Shown here: positions 9,748 through 19,408 of the stretch, in pieces
Layout: each line of letters opens with the position of its first letter
How positions within the stretch are numbered: position 1 is the first letter of the stretch
Source: a virus
Strand: one strand, 5' to 3'
DNA length: 64,000 nt
IMG/VR virus record: IMGVR_UViG_3300044736_000098
Coordinates: 2,402-66,401 of that record
Position numbers and translations under genes: made by a program
Notes under the pieces: model-generated
Databases searched by the model: none
What the model saw: the letters and a program-made list of their open reading frames with translations, nothing else
Told to the model about the DNA's origin: nothing

Positions 9748-10147
9748 GCGCCACCTCCCAAGTTCGAATGGTGGGGAGGGCCGCGATGGCCAATACAACA
9801 TCGCGCGCGACCACAGCGCGCAGCATAGCGGACGTACAAATTGCACCCGTGGGACGAGACAGGACGCGGCCGGCGCGCACGGCAAACGGAGCCAACACAA
9901 GAGCTACGTCACCGGCCTTCGGTGTATCCGTCTCGCGCAGGCCGATCGCCGCGAAACGCTTGGAGCACGATGCAAGAATGCCGCCTTCGCTCCGGAGCAA
10001 CGCGTCCCACTGGCGAGGGGTATACGTGCCGCGGCGATCGGACATTGGATCAGTCATGCCGTTTTCTACGAGCCAATCCGCCATGAACACGCAACAGTCC
10101 ACTTTGCGCACCGCGGCCTTTTCCAAGTAGTCGGCCAATTTGGTCAT
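9740..10147 (-). CDS. Tail assembly protein, NlpC/P60-like (DUF6950-like)
   Basis: DCCVFMADW and GDV motifs; synteny. Confidence 0.7.
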   Translation of the reverse strand: MTKLADYLEKAAVRKVDCCVFMADWLVENGMTDPMSDRRGTYTPRQWDALLRSEGGILASCSKRFAAIGLRETDTPKAGDVALVLAPFAVRAGRVLSRPTGAICTSAMLRAVVARDVVLAIAALPTIRTWEVARA

Positions 10148-10752
10148 GTGAATTGTGGCCACGGTTTAATCCAGCCGTGCGCATATCGGCCGACGAGATT
10201 GCAGAACATATCGCCAGTCGAGCGTGCTTGCTGGTCTTGATTGGTCAAATACGACAGAGATGGGCGACGGCGAGCTGTCATCAATGACCCCGCCGAAAGT
10301 ACCACTTTCCGAATAATCGGCTGTTCCGGGTCCGTCGTTTCTGCTTGCTGCGTCGAAAGGAAATCGGCCGTGTAATTCGCAAACCAGTGAACCGCTCCAA
10401 GTAATTGCCAGTCGGTTCCCAAAAAACCAATGCCGACCGAAGTGCGCGCTCCACTGATGATTTCAGCATCGTTACCGGACGCGACCGCCAAGACGTCGCC
10501 GGACACGCCGCTTAGTGCGAACTCGACGCGCTGTGCAGCGCCGTTCAACATCTGATTGAACGTGGGCAAGTCGAATATTTCACCAAAACCGACATATTCA
10601 GTGCCGTCGGGATCAAGCGTATTGGTGACAGCGATATGCCCAAATCCAAGCCACAACAGCACGGGATTCGGTTCGGTCTCGACGCGAAAAAACGCTGCGA
10701 TGTTTTGCACATCAAGTTCAAGCGCGGCGATTTCGGCGGCGTTTAGGTTCAT
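10144..10752 (-). CDS. Minor tail protein
   Basis: Synteny; ends T.QDQQAR..GD.F...V. Confidence 0.7.
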   Translation of the reverse strand: MNLNAAEIAALELDVQNIAAFFRVETEPNPVLLWLGFGHIAVTNTLDPDGTEYVGFGEIFDLPTFNQMLNGAAQRVEFALSGVSGDVLAVASGNDAEIISGARTSVGIGFLGTDWQLLGAVHWFANYTADFLSTQQAETTDPEQPIIRKVVLSAGSLMTARRRPSLSYLTNQDQQARSTGDMFCNLVGRYAHGWIKPWPQFT

Positions 10753-10922
10753 GCGCCACCCGCGTCAATCTCGGCGCTCAATCCAGCAGCACGCAGGCGG
10801 TCAGCTAACAAGCGTATCCGCTCAGCAGCTTGCGCCATGATAACAGCGGCAGCGTGCCAGTTGTCATCAGTCAACAGTTGCGCTTCCCTGTCCATAACGA
10901 CGAGCATGCTGTTTGTTTTCAT
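10749..10922 (-). CDS. Small hypothetical protein (57 aa)
   Basis: MKTNSMLVVMDREAQ...; ATGA overlaps at both ends. Confidence 0.5.
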   Translation of the reverse strand: MKTNSMLVVMDREAQLLTDDNWHAAAVIMAQAAERIRLLADRLRAAGLSAEIDAGGA

Positions 10923-11611
10923 GTTGCGTACTTCGACTCAACAAACTTCACGGACGCGAGCGAAAAGGGGAACGTCGTTACGTTCAAATTCATGGCCGCC
11001 GAGTTGACCAGCTTCATAGTGCAACGTGGCCGATCGAACTCCAGGACAGTACCGTTCGATATGGCTTCGCGTAGTGGCGGGTTGAACGTGATGCTTGCCA
11101 CGCTTCCAGACTGTTGCGCCGTCGCGATTTCATACAGTCGCCAGTTATACGTCGGATGTTGAATCGAAAACTTTTCGCCACCCTGTAACGCGGCGCAGTT
11201 ATTCAGATTCAACACCATGGATGTTGCGCGGCGCGCCGCGCCGCCGCTGTTGGTTACGTCGATAACGGGCTGTTGATATCCTGACCCGTCCGAAAAGAAA
11301 GACCCGTCGCTATGGGGTAAAATAAGTTCTACTACATTGGTGGGAAACGGCGCGAATATCGTGTCCAGGCACGGCACAATCAGCGGAGTCACGCCGCCGT
11401 TAGTAATCTGGCGCACCGCTCGCCAGCATAACGTCGCAAGACGATCGCGGAATCGAATGTTGTTGAGCGACGCCATCCAAAAACCGCCGCCATCGGAACG
11501 CACGTCAACGGATGCGCCGGGCGTTTGCCCTGCACCCATTGTATTACCGGCGATATTCCAGTCGTGATCGCCTTCGGTAAATACGCGAGACGGAAACTCA
11601 ATGAGGGTCAT
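10919..11611 (-). CDS. Distal tail protein
   Basis: Directly follows tape measure; GGGFW and F.PPLREA motifs. Confidence 0.7.
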   Translation of the reverse strand: MTLIEFPSRVFTEGDHDWNIAGNTMGAGQTPGASVDVRSDGGGFWMASLNNIRFRDRLATLCWRAVRQITNGGVTPLIVPCLDTIFAPFPTNVVELILPHSDGSFFSDGSGYQQPVIDVTNSGGAARRATSMVLNLNNCAALQGGEKFSIQHPTYNWRLYEIATAQQSGSVASITFNPPLREAISNGTVLEFDRPRCTMKLVNSAAMNLNVTTFPFSLASVKFVESKYAT

Positions 11612-14262
11612 TAACTGACTCCCGTGCTGGCGTAGCGCTGCTGCGATTGGCTCTGCTTCACGATACCCGCGATCTTCTGTTCGTGCGCGGCCAACACGCG
11701 CTGTATTCCTTGCACAGTGCGGTCATCGGCGTTGCCGTTGATAACGACGCTGGCGCCTGCAAAGTTATTGGTAACGCCGCCGTTCGAGTTCACCGCGGCG
11801 GGTGGCGTGACGTAGCCGCCACCCGCGTAGCCGCGCAGTTTATTCAGATTACCCACGCCGATACGGCTCGTGGCCGCGGCGTCCATAACGTATTCACCGC
11901 GATGGACGATACCAGCCGGTTCGAATTTTCCTCCTGAGCCGGTATAGCCGCCTCCCGCAAATCCAGCCGGTGCAGTGGGACCGAAGCCGCCAACGCCGTC
12001 CGTGGCACTCTTGACACTGCCAAAGCTAAACCCGCCGAAACCACCAAACACACCCTGCAGCGAGCGCATTATCGGACTAAGGATCGCCATTTTGAAGATC
12101 ATTTCTTCAACAGCACGGACCCCCGCCTTACCCATGTCCCTTAAACCGTTGCCTACAGACTTCGTGCGATCAAGAATGTCCACAAAACCCGTTGTTAGCG
12201 TCCCCGACATAGAATTAGATAGTCCGCTCAGCGCACCGTTTGTTCGCAGTGTGGATGCCTCGACGCTACCAAGGGCCGTCGCAACGTCTGGATAAATGCC
12301 TTTCAATTGCTGCGCGATTTGCACATCTTCCGGCGCGAGAAGCGACGTGCTGGCGCCGAATTTGATTTCGCCCGCAACCTTTGCCTTCTCCAGCAATTGA
12401 ACCCGCTCGGCGTACTTCGTGTTTTCCGCGACCAACCGATTATATTGCGCTTGATCGAAACCCGTATTATTGCGGGCCGCCTCCGCTCGCAAGGCAGTGT
12501 AGGATTGCCAGTTGGCTTTGAGCAGCGCGACTTCGCCGGTAGTCTTGCCAAGCGAAATAATTTCAACCTGCGTCGCGCCGACGCTATCCTGCGCCGCGCG
12601 CAATCGGTCCTGTGCGGCGGTCGTAAGGGCGTAACTGGCCTGTGCGCCCGCGACGGCGGCCGCTTTACTAGCAAGGCCTTGTTTCTCCGAAAGCGAAAGA
12701 TTTTGACCGGCCAGGCTTAACATCGTCTGTTGATACGCAATGTCCGCGCGCTGCGACGGCGATTTTGCGTTGATTGCTTTTAGTTGAAGATCGGATGCCG
12801 CCGAGGAACTCTCGACGGTCGTGCGGAAGGAGTCTAACATTTGCTGAGAGCGCGACTTGGCTAGTGCAACATCGCCTTGGCCAAGGCCAAGTGCTTTTAT
12901 CATCGGCGAGTCAGCATTTGCGCTTTGAACCGCCGTGTTAACGTCGGTCAAGTTCCTCTTTATGCCCACTTCCGGCACGAGACTGCTTAGAACCGGACCA
13001 AGCGTCAACGATTGCGCGTTGGTTTGAACCTTGCGCATTTCCTCGGCTGCGTCTCTAAGCTTGTTGCCGAGTTTTTCGGATTCCTCTTCTGCGCGCTGCA
13101 AGTCCCTCGTAAACTGCTCCATCGCCGCCGATTGAAGCGGGCTATTGCGAGTCAGACTGTTCGGCGACTGCAGTTCCGTAATTTGATCCTTGATCTTTTT
13201 AATCTTATCCAGGGACTGCGCGAATTTGGTTTGATCGGACTCGCTACCGCCGAGCAGTTGACCGATGACGCTCACGCCACCGGACAGGCGGGTTTTGAAA
13301 CCCTCCCAAACCTTCGAAAGACCACTGGCAGAGTCGGCCGCGCCTTCCGTGCTGTTTTTCACACCATCGAGAATAAGCTTTTGAGCCGCGGTCGCGTTGT
13401 TTTGCGTGACCAGGGATTTGATAAGGCTCTGTGTATTGAAATCAAGAAACCCTAAACGCTCGTTAAGCTGATCGGCTCCCGCGACCGGATCCACTAAAGC
13501 CTTGGCGAGCAGCGTGGCTGCCTTGGTAGTGTCGACTCCCATGACTTTTGCGAAATCACGCGTCACGGAGATCGCCGAACCGAACAAGTCTTTGCTGATT
13601 TTTCCGGTTTGCGCCAATGTAGACGCGATGTCTGATGCAGCGGTAACAGACACTTTGCCAGCCGACGCCGACGCCATGGAGATGCTATTGATATCATCAA
13701 CAGTCGCGCCCGATGCCTTGCCGATGCCCTTTAGCGAGAGTTGAATTTTCTCTTGTGAATCGGACCATGATTTCGCGACAAAAAAAGCGCCGGCCGCGAG
13801 CGCGAGCGCGGCGGCAATAGCGCCGCGTGCGGGTGTAACGAATTCCGATAGTTTTCCGATCACTTCGCCGAATGCGCCGGAAATTCCACCTTCTCCGCTC
13901 GCAGCGAAGCTGAGATGATTCATTTGCTGCGTTAGCGCTTGCGTCAGCGGAATACCGAGCGCGATGCTTTCACCCATGGAACGAATGGAGTGGAAAGCGG
14001 ATTGCGCCTGAATCGACATGCCCGCGTGAGCGTGGGAAGCACGCTCTGATGCTTCGGCAAGACCGTCTGTCGCCGCAGCGGCGGGCGCGGCAGCCTCGTG
14101 CAAGGCTCGGACAGCCAAACCGGACTTGGCGCCCGCTACCGCCAGCTTATCCGTGCTAACGGCTGCGGCGGTGCTTTTGGCTGCGAGCTGGTCAAGCGCG
14201 GCATTTGCCGCTGTAACGGGTCGCGAATCGACCGCAATTCCGAGTGAGGCAATGTCGGTCAC
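11611..14262 (-). CDS. Tail tape measure protein
   Basis: 883 aa, Ala-rich helical; C-terminal FAGGGYTG.GGK.EPAGIVH.GEYV. Confidence 0.93.
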   Translation of the reverse strand: MTDIASLGIAVDSRPVTAANAALDQLAAKSTAAAVSTDKLAVAGAKSGLAVRALHEAAAPAAAATDGLAEASERASHAHAGMSIQAQSAFHSIRSMGESIALGIPLTQALTQQMNHLSFAASGEGGISGAFGEVIGKLSEFVTPARGAIAAALALAAGAFFVAKSWSDSQEKIQLSLKGIGKASGATVDDINSISMASASAGKVSVTAASDIASTLAQTGKISKDLFGSAISVTRDFAKVMGVDTTKAATLLAKALVDPVAGADQLNERLGFLDFNTQSLIKSLVTQNNATAAQKLILDGVKNSTEGAADSASGLSKVWEGFKTRLSGGVSVIGQLLGGSESDQTKFAQSLDKIKKIKDQITELQSPNSLTRNSPLQSAAMEQFTRDLQRAEEESEKLGNKLRDAAEEMRKVQTNAQSLTLGPVLSSLVPEVGIKRNLTDVNTAVQSANADSPMIKALGLGQGDVALAKSRSQQMLDSFRTTVESSSAASDLQLKAINAKSPSQRADIAYQQTMLSLAGQNLSLSEKQGLASKAAAVAGAQASYALTTAAQDRLRAAQDSVGATQVEIISLGKTTGEVALLKANWQSYTALRAEAARNNTGFDQAQYNRLVAENTKYAERVQLLEKAKVAGEIKFGASTSLLAPEDVQIAQQLKGIYPDVATALGSVEASTLRTNGALSGLSNSMSGTLTTGFVDILDRTKSVGNGLRDMGKAGVRAVEEMIFKMAILSPIMRSLQGVFGGFGGFSFGSVKSATDGVGGFGPTAPAGFAGGGYTGSGGKFEPAGIVHRGEYVMDAAATSRIGVGNLNKLRGYAGGGYVTPPAAVNSNGGVTNNFAGASVVINGNADDRTVQGIQRVLAAHEQKIAGIVKQSQSQQRYASTGVS

Positions 14263-14513
14263 GCGGCACCCCCGAACAGCGCATCAAACAGCGCGGGCGT
14301 AATGCCTTGCTTGGGAGCCGGCGCAGGCGCGGGTTCTTCCGGCGCGCCAAACGCTGCGCGCAGAATCGCATTCACAAATTTATTGCGGGATGAAATTGCA
14401 CGGGCTAGGGCGTCGATCGGCATTTTACTCACTTGGTCGTATGTGTAGCCGCAAACGCCCATGCCGTCGTTTTCCAGCCACGCCAAATAGTCAGCGTGGC
14501 TTAGACTTCCCCC
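14259..14513 (-). CDS. Tail assembly chaperone, -1 frameshift extension (gpT-like)
   Basis: Open in the -1 frame from the slippery GGGGGAA (14513-14507) to the tape measure start. Confidence 0.7.
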   Translation of the reverse strand, partial: GGSLSHADYLAWLENDGMGVCGYTYDQVSKMPIDALARAISSRNKFVNAILRAAFGAPEEPAPAPAPKQGITPALFDALFGGAA

Positions 14514-14824
14514 GACCCCGAACCCTCCGACGGCGCTGCAGGGCGACCGCCGTTACAAAGGTAATCGACGAATGTGGAAAGCGGCGTAACCAGATACGGC
14601 ATGCCGGTTTTGTATACGGCGTTTTCGACGTCGCTCGCTTTCTTGTCGAGACCGGCAGCGGTCACGAGGATGTAGTAGTCCAGATCGCCTTGGCCGAGCC
14701 GGTTTGCCACATGCGAAAAACCGCCGTTCGCATTGATGCGCTTCGCCGCGGCCAGGCTCGACTTGAGCACCACTTCCTTACCGTCAAGCATGATGGCGAC
14801 TTCGCCGATACTGGTGTCAGCCAT
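14501..14824 (-). CDS. Tail assembly chaperone (gpG-like)
   Basis: Between tail tube and tape measure; ends in GGGGGAA GTC TAA. Confidence 0.8.
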   Translation of the reverse strand: MADTSIGEVAIMLDGKEVVLKSSLAAAKRINANGGFSHVANRLGQGDLDYYILVTAAGLDKKASDVENAVYKTGMPYLVTPLSTFVDYLCNGGRPAAPSEGSGSGEV

Positions 14825-14854
14825 GTGCGTTCCTTACTTCCGAGACGCGCGCCG

Positions 14855-15586
14855 TTACTGGATAGCGGCGACGCGAACAATGTTGCTGTTGATTTCAATG
14901 GTGCTGTCGAGATTGCGAATTGTGTTCGCGGCGCCGGCCGACTCCTGCGCGTTCATGACAAGGCCGATGAAATAGCGCTGCGAAGCGACGGGAACCGACG
15001 AGCGCGTGTGGACACCGGACTGCGTGCCAGTCGTGGTGATGGCCGAGCCGCCCGCGGTGGCGGCAAGCGTGTAGCTGTTGGCATCCGGCACTGTCTTGAC
15101 AAAATAGGTGGTGCCGGCAACAAGGCCGGTCGGCAGGGCGCCGGTCGTCGCGAATGAGACCTGATCGCCAACGGATAGGCCGTGCGCCGTATCGGTCACC
15201 ACGCCCGGCGCCGCGATGGTGACGGTCACAACAGCCGACGTGACCGGCGCTGCGTCGTTCCAGAGAATTTTGAACGCATAGTTGTTCTTGTTGCTCGGCA
15301 GAGAAGCGGCGATCAGCGCAAGCTGGCCGGCGTCGGAAGCATTGAAGGCGAAAATGTTCTGCATCGAGCCGGCGTTGGCCGTACCCTTCTGCTTTGCATC
15401 TCGTCCGCGATTGATCAGCGGCGTGGTGATAAGCGCGCCAGCGTCGCCAATGGTCCCCGCCTGTGACCAGCCGTCGATTTCGGTCCATGTCTGACTCGTG
15501 AAATCGGAAGCAACGAAATCGGCATTCTTGTCGGAAAGAACGCCGCCGATATAGATGTGGGAACCGGCAACTGGAAAAAGCGACAT
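14855..15586 (-). CDS. Major tail tube protein with inserted beta domain
   Basis: W.EI.G...G..GD...K.KGT.NAG tube signature; insert PGVVT.TAHGL..GD.V. Confidence 0.85.
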   Translation of the reverse strand: MSLFPVAGSHIYIGGVLSDKNADFVASDFTSQTWTEIDGWSQAGTIGDAGALITTPLINRGRDAKQKGTANAGSMQNIFAFNASDAGQLALIAASLPSNKNNYAFKILWNDAAPVTSAVVTVTIAAPGVVTDTAHGLSVGDQVSFATTGALPTGLVAGTTYFVKTVPDANSYTLAATAGGSAITTTGTQSGVHTRSSVPVASQRYFIGLVMNAQESAGAANTIRNLDSTIEINSNIVRVAAIQ

Positions 15587-15598
15587 GGGCGTGACGTC

Positions 15599-16042
15599 CT
15601 ATTTTACAAAAGTGCGGTAGCGGATGCTAACCGGCGTTCGGGTGTAAGGTGCATCAGCGATGGGCGATGCGACGGAAGGCGTCTCGTAGACGGTCACGGT
15701 AACTGCGCCGTTGACCAACCTTGTTCCGCTGGTCCCTGCGTATTGCGGAAACCATGCGGCAACCGCGTCGGCGAGTGCAGAAGGCGCGATTGCCCCGCCG
15801 CCTTGTTTGGTGACCACCGTCACCTGTAGAATTCCTGCGTGTTCGTCCCACGCGCTAATCCCGATACCCTGCGTTTGGGCGCGAAGCACCGAGACGTCCA
15901 AGTAACTGTCCGGTTTGGTCTGCCCCGCCTTGGGGAACACCACATCCGGATACGCCACCGGCAACGAAAGAGAGACCCCTAGCGCCTTAACGCGGTCTAA
16001 CAGCGCTTCCGTGATCTGCGCTTCGACGCCCACAGCGGTCAT
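15599..16042 (-). CDS. Tail terminator-like protein
   Basis: Synteny; GILQVTV motif. Confidence 0.7.
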   Translation of the reverse strand: MTAVGVEAQITEALLDRVKALGVSLSLPVAYPDVVFPKAGQTKPDSYLDVSVLRAQTQGIGISAWDEHAGILQVTVVTKQGGGAIAPSALADAVAAWFPQYAGTSGTRLVNGAVTVTVYETPSVASPIADAPYTRTPVSIRYRTFVK

Positions 16043-16083
16043 GTTGCTTTATACCGCCAATTTTGCAAAAAGTCAACAGAAAG

Positions 16084-16494
16084 CTATTTGGGCAGTTCGG
16101 AGGCGGCCTGGTCAACGATGCCTTGAAATTCTAGGATTGTGGTTCGCACCATGCCGGATGGCGTTTGTTTGGAGTGGCCGAACTCCAACGCCGTTGCGTA
16201 TTCTAGGTTGTTGACCAGGTACACCACTTCTCCCGCCTTAAGACCAAGTGATTCAGCCGTGACGCGGGAGATGGTTGCCGTTCCAGTCTTGTCGTCGATT
16301 TCCAGTGTGCCGGCGGGAATCGAACCAATACCTAACAACCAATTAGCACGTGCGCGGCCGGTATCTACTGGTGTTTTCAAAATGACGCGGCTAAACATTT
16401 CAAGCGCGATCTTGCGAAACACCAAATCCGCGTTACCCTTAGCCTTCGCGCAAAACTCGGCAATCTGCGCGGCGAAGATGCTGCCGTTACTCAT
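16084..16494 (-). CDS. HK97 gp10-like neck protein
   Basis: TPVDTGRARANW, NNLEYA..LEFGHS.Q.P.GMVR. Confidence 0.85.
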   Translation of the reverse strand: MSNGSIFAAQIAEFCAKAKGNADLVFRKIALEMFSRVILKTPVDTGRARANWLLGIGSIPAGTLEIDDKTGTATISRVTAESLGLKAGEVVYLVNNLEYATALEFGHSKQTPSGMVRTTILEFQGIVDQAASELPK

Positions 16495-16874
16495 CCTCTT
16501 ATATGGCAATCAAACAGCACACTCGTCGCGGCCGGTGCGAGCGGCTTATCCGTCAAGATCGACTTCACCACGCCGCCGACCACGAGCGCGTCGCCGGGCA
16601 GGATAGTCGTCACGCCGAGCGCATTGAGCGGCCCGGCCGCGACCAGCCATCGCTCGTCATTTTCCAAGACGTTGCCGCCCTGCATCTGTTTCCAGGTGAA
16701 TTCGATCTTGACGGCAAACGTGGGGTAGTCCGTGGGCGTAAGCGTAGGAGCGTAGTCGGTGCCGGATGCGACTTGACGGCGCAGGCTGGCAACGGCGCCG
16801 AAGTCCCGAATCAGTTCGTCGCCGTCGTCGCGGCTTTCGAGGCAGTTGAAGGGATCTGGCGCGGGGAGGGTCAC
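16491..16874 (-). CDS. Head closure/adaptor protein
   Basis: GTG start; ELIRDFG; synteny in neck module. Confidence 0.65.
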   Translation of the reverse strand: MTLPAPDPFNCLESRDDGDELIRDFGAVASLRRQVASGTDYAPTLTPTDYPTFAVKIEFTWKQMQGGNVLENDERWLVAAGPLNALGVTTILPGDALVVGGVVKSILTDKPLAPAATSVLFDCHIRG

Positions 16875-17188
16875 GCTTCTACCAACTTTCCGTCGCGGAC
16901 GTATCCGTGCCAGATTCCCACGGCGTGAAGCGAAGGCGAAAGCGTCGGACAACAACCCTCGGTGCCGGACCATGACCACGATGCGCCGCAGTCGTTTTTG
17001 TGGTCAATTGTCCATTCGGAATGAATAAATGCGAGCGGGTTGTTGTGCGGAATTCCCAACACTAAAACTCGGCGGAGCGTAGCCGGGTCCACTTGCCACG
17101 TGAATTCGCCGGCCGCTTCGATTCGATCTTCGTTTGGGCAATACACCATTGGAATCGGCGCGTGTCCATGTTGCGGGGTCGCGGTCAC
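16871..17188 (-). CDS. DUF6527-like protein
   Basis: W.W.G....PTLSPSL.....WHGYVRDG motif. Confidence 0.6.
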   Translation of the reverse strand: MTATPQHGHAPIPMVYCPNEDRIEAAGEFTWQVDPATLRRVLVLGIPHNNPLAFIHSEWTIDHKNDCGASWSWSGTEGCCPTLSPSLHAVGIWHGYVRDGKLVEA

Positions 17189-17748
17189 GCCCGCACCAAC
17201 TTGACGTTCCCGCTGCTCGAACCCGGCGTGCTTGTCACAAGCGCTCGCAACAGCCCCTCAATAACCAAGTAGCGGTCCACGACCGGCGCACCGTCCATGT
17301 AGACGATATCTTTGCGGAGCGGCCCCACCGACTTGCCAATGGATTTGATCTGCCCACCGCGGACTAGTGTCGGCTCCAGCGTTGCGCCACCGAGGGCAAG
17401 TAGAGCGGCTTCCATGGCTGCCGTCTTGACTTGCACCGGAATGCTGGCGATCGGAACTTGAAATCCGTTCTCATCCAAGAGCGGATAAATCCAAGAGCGT
17501 ACCAACGTGCGCGTGCCATCGGCACGCGGCCAGGCGAGCGCCTGTACCTGAGAACTGGCCAGGCCGACCCACCGGCCGCGGTATTGATTGTCGAGGTATG
17601 TGGCGGCCTTGCGCGCCGCCGCTTCCTTATCGGCAGTGACGGCAGCGCCCCACGCTGTCACGCCGCGGCTGGAGAAGTAAGTATCCGCGTCCGCAATGGC
17701 GAAGTAGGACTCCGCCGCCGCGTCGCCCGCTGTTGAATTGAGAGGCAT
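17185..17748 (-). CDS. Head-tail connector (DnaT-like domain family)
   Basis: AESY...ADAD.YF, A..YLD, Q.LAWPR, IP.QVK.A..EAA, VGPL. Confidence 0.8.
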   Translation of the reverse strand: MPLNSTAGDAAAESYFAIADADTYFSSRGVTAWGAAVTADKEAAARKAATYLDNQYRGRWVGLASSQVQALAWPRADGTRTLVRSWIYPLLDENGFQVPIASIPVQVKTAAMEAALLALGGATLEPTLVRGGQIKSIGKSVGPLRKDIVYMDGAPVVDRYLVIEGLLRALVTSTPGSSSGNVKLVRA

Positions 17749-17756
17749 GCCTACTC

Positions 17757-18269
17757 CTACGCGGCCCTTGTGACCAGTTTCCAAACAGGAACGGCTTTCG
17801 TCCCTGCATTGACGTACAAATTACCGGCAGTCGTGTCGGTGTAGCGCGAACCGATGCCCGCAACGCCGAATCCCGTGCCCGCAGCGCCATCAACCGGAGC
17901 GCCCGCGCCAATGTACTCTTTAACGTCGCCGACGGTGCCTGACACCGGAACGTGTGCGAGCAGAGCGGCGGCCGCTGCAGCGGCGAGGGCAGCCGCCAGC
18001 GCTTCACTTGCCGTGGGAAAATCGACCTGCGCGGCGTCGTATGTAATCGACCCTAGCGTGGCCGCAATCTGGTAGCGCTTGACGGTCGCGAATGGCCCGA
18101 GCACGACGGATGTGCCGGCTGCTAATTCACTCACACCTGCGGTATCGCCGAGACGCTCAGAAAACGGCCATACACTACCAGTGGACAGCGCCGCCGCAGT
18201 CACGGTAAGCTGCTCGCCCGCAGGCAGTGTGATTGATGTGGTCGCGCCCTTTGAAAGCGTAGTGGTCAT
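17757..18269 (-). CDS. Head decoration/structural protein
   Basis: Ala/Gly/Thr-rich; GS.YTD...G.LYVN.GT...P.W. Confidence 0.6.
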   Translation of the reverse strand: MTTTLSKGATTSITLPAGEQLTVTAAALSTGSVWPFSERLGDTAGVSELAAGTSVVLGPFATVKRYQIAATLGSITYDAAQVDFPTASEALAAALAAAAAAALLAHVPVSGTVGDVKEYIGAGAPVDGAAGTGFGVAGIGSRYTDTTAGNLYVNAGTKAVPVWKLVTRAA

Positions 18270-18718
18270 TTAGCCAAGTCCTTTTTCCAGTAAATCGAGT
18301 GCGCGAAGGCCCATTGATACGGCGGTGCAAATGTTCGATAGTCGGCGCGAATGAAGTTGTTCGCCGACGGCGGATTCCAAGTCGTGTCCGAAATAATCGC
18401 TGCGAAACCCTGACACCGCGCCCAGCGCTCGGCGACGCGCATCATTCGCAGTTGCAGTGCATTGCCGCGGTGCTCGGGCAATACGCCAACCCGCGTCAAG
18501 TAGACGGTGTTGGGCAGGACGTTCGACGGCATGATGCCGCAATATGCGACAGGATGATCCTCAAAGAACGTCAACCACCAATGCACCGAATCGTATTTGT
18601 TGCGCGGCAGTTCCGTCTTGACCTGCAACGTATCAATATCGGAAGCATATTCGTCGGCGTCCACCTGCCGGATAACGTAAGGCTGTGCGCGTCGCTCTTT
18701 AATGCTGCGCGCGGCCAT
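18266..18718 (-). CDS. GNAT-family acetyltransferase
   Basis: RVGVLPEHRGNALQ acetyl-CoA motif A; N..S.NNF. Confidence 0.8.
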   Translation of the reverse strand: MAARSIKERRAQPYVIRQVDADEYASDIDTLQVKTELPRNKYDSVHWWLTFFEDHPVAYCGIMPSNVLPNTVYLTRVGVLPEHRGNALQLRMMRVAERWARCQGFAAIISDTTWNPPSANNFIRADYRTFAPPYQWAFAHSIYWKKDLAK

Positions 18719-18722
18719 ATCG

Positions 18723-19037
18723 CTACCCCCGCGCTTTCAACGCAGCCTCGATAACCTGAATGGCCTGCGCTTTATTTTCTACAGCGCGACCGGATATCGT
18801 AGCGGCGAGTTTCCGAAGCGCGGCGGCGTCCGATTCCCGCCAGTAGGTAGGCAGATTGGCGAGCGGGTCGGCGGGAACGGGTGGCGCAGGCGGAAGCGGC
18901 GGCAACGCGGGTGCGGCCGGCAGTTCGATATACCGCTCGTGCTTCGCGGCGTCGAAGTCCGACTCGTTGATTTCAACGAAAGCACCCTGCGACGGATGAC
19001 TCGCCTTGACCTTGACGGTTGGGCACTTATCGGACAT
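18723..19037 (-). CDS. Head-associated hypothetical protein
   Basis: GGAAG SD; FVEINESDFD...H motif of the kind seen after capsid genes. Confidence 0.65.
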   Translation of the reverse strand: MSDKCPTVKVKASHPSQGAFVEINESDFDAAKHERYIELPAAPALPPLPPAPPVPADPLANLPTYWRESDAAALRKLAATISGRAVENKAQAIQVIEAALKARG

Positions 19038-19099
19038 TGCGCTTCCTTGGGATTGGTGAAGTGGCCCCGCCGGAACGGAGCCACCCTTAGAAAAAAAAA

Positions 19100-19291
19100 C
19101 TAGCCGAGATCGTAGTTCCCGACCGTGCTGCCGGCGTCGTTCATGACGAATACTCTGCCGCTACCGTAGCAGCACCATCCGTTCGAAACCGAGCCACCGT
19201 CGCCAGTACAGCCGAACGCTTCAAGTACGGGCGTACGCGGATCGGCATCCTGCATCCCATCCGGTTTATACGAAACGTTGATCGTCAACAT
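19100..19291 (-). CDS. Small hypothetical protein with own promoter (moron)
   Basis: AAGGAG SD; repeated promoter at 19378-19405. Confidence 0.6.
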   Translation of the reverse strand: MLTINVSYKPDGMQDADPRTPVLEAFGCTGDGGSVSNGWCCYGSGRVFVMNDAGSTVGNYDLG

Positions 19292-19408
19292 TCGTACTTC
19301 TCCTTCGATGCTCGGAAACCGCCGAGCGCGGGGAGGGAACGGGGCGGTTTGACGCGCCCCGCTCTTTTCTCATTGCAAACCTACAACCAATTTGCAAAAA
19401 GTCAACAA

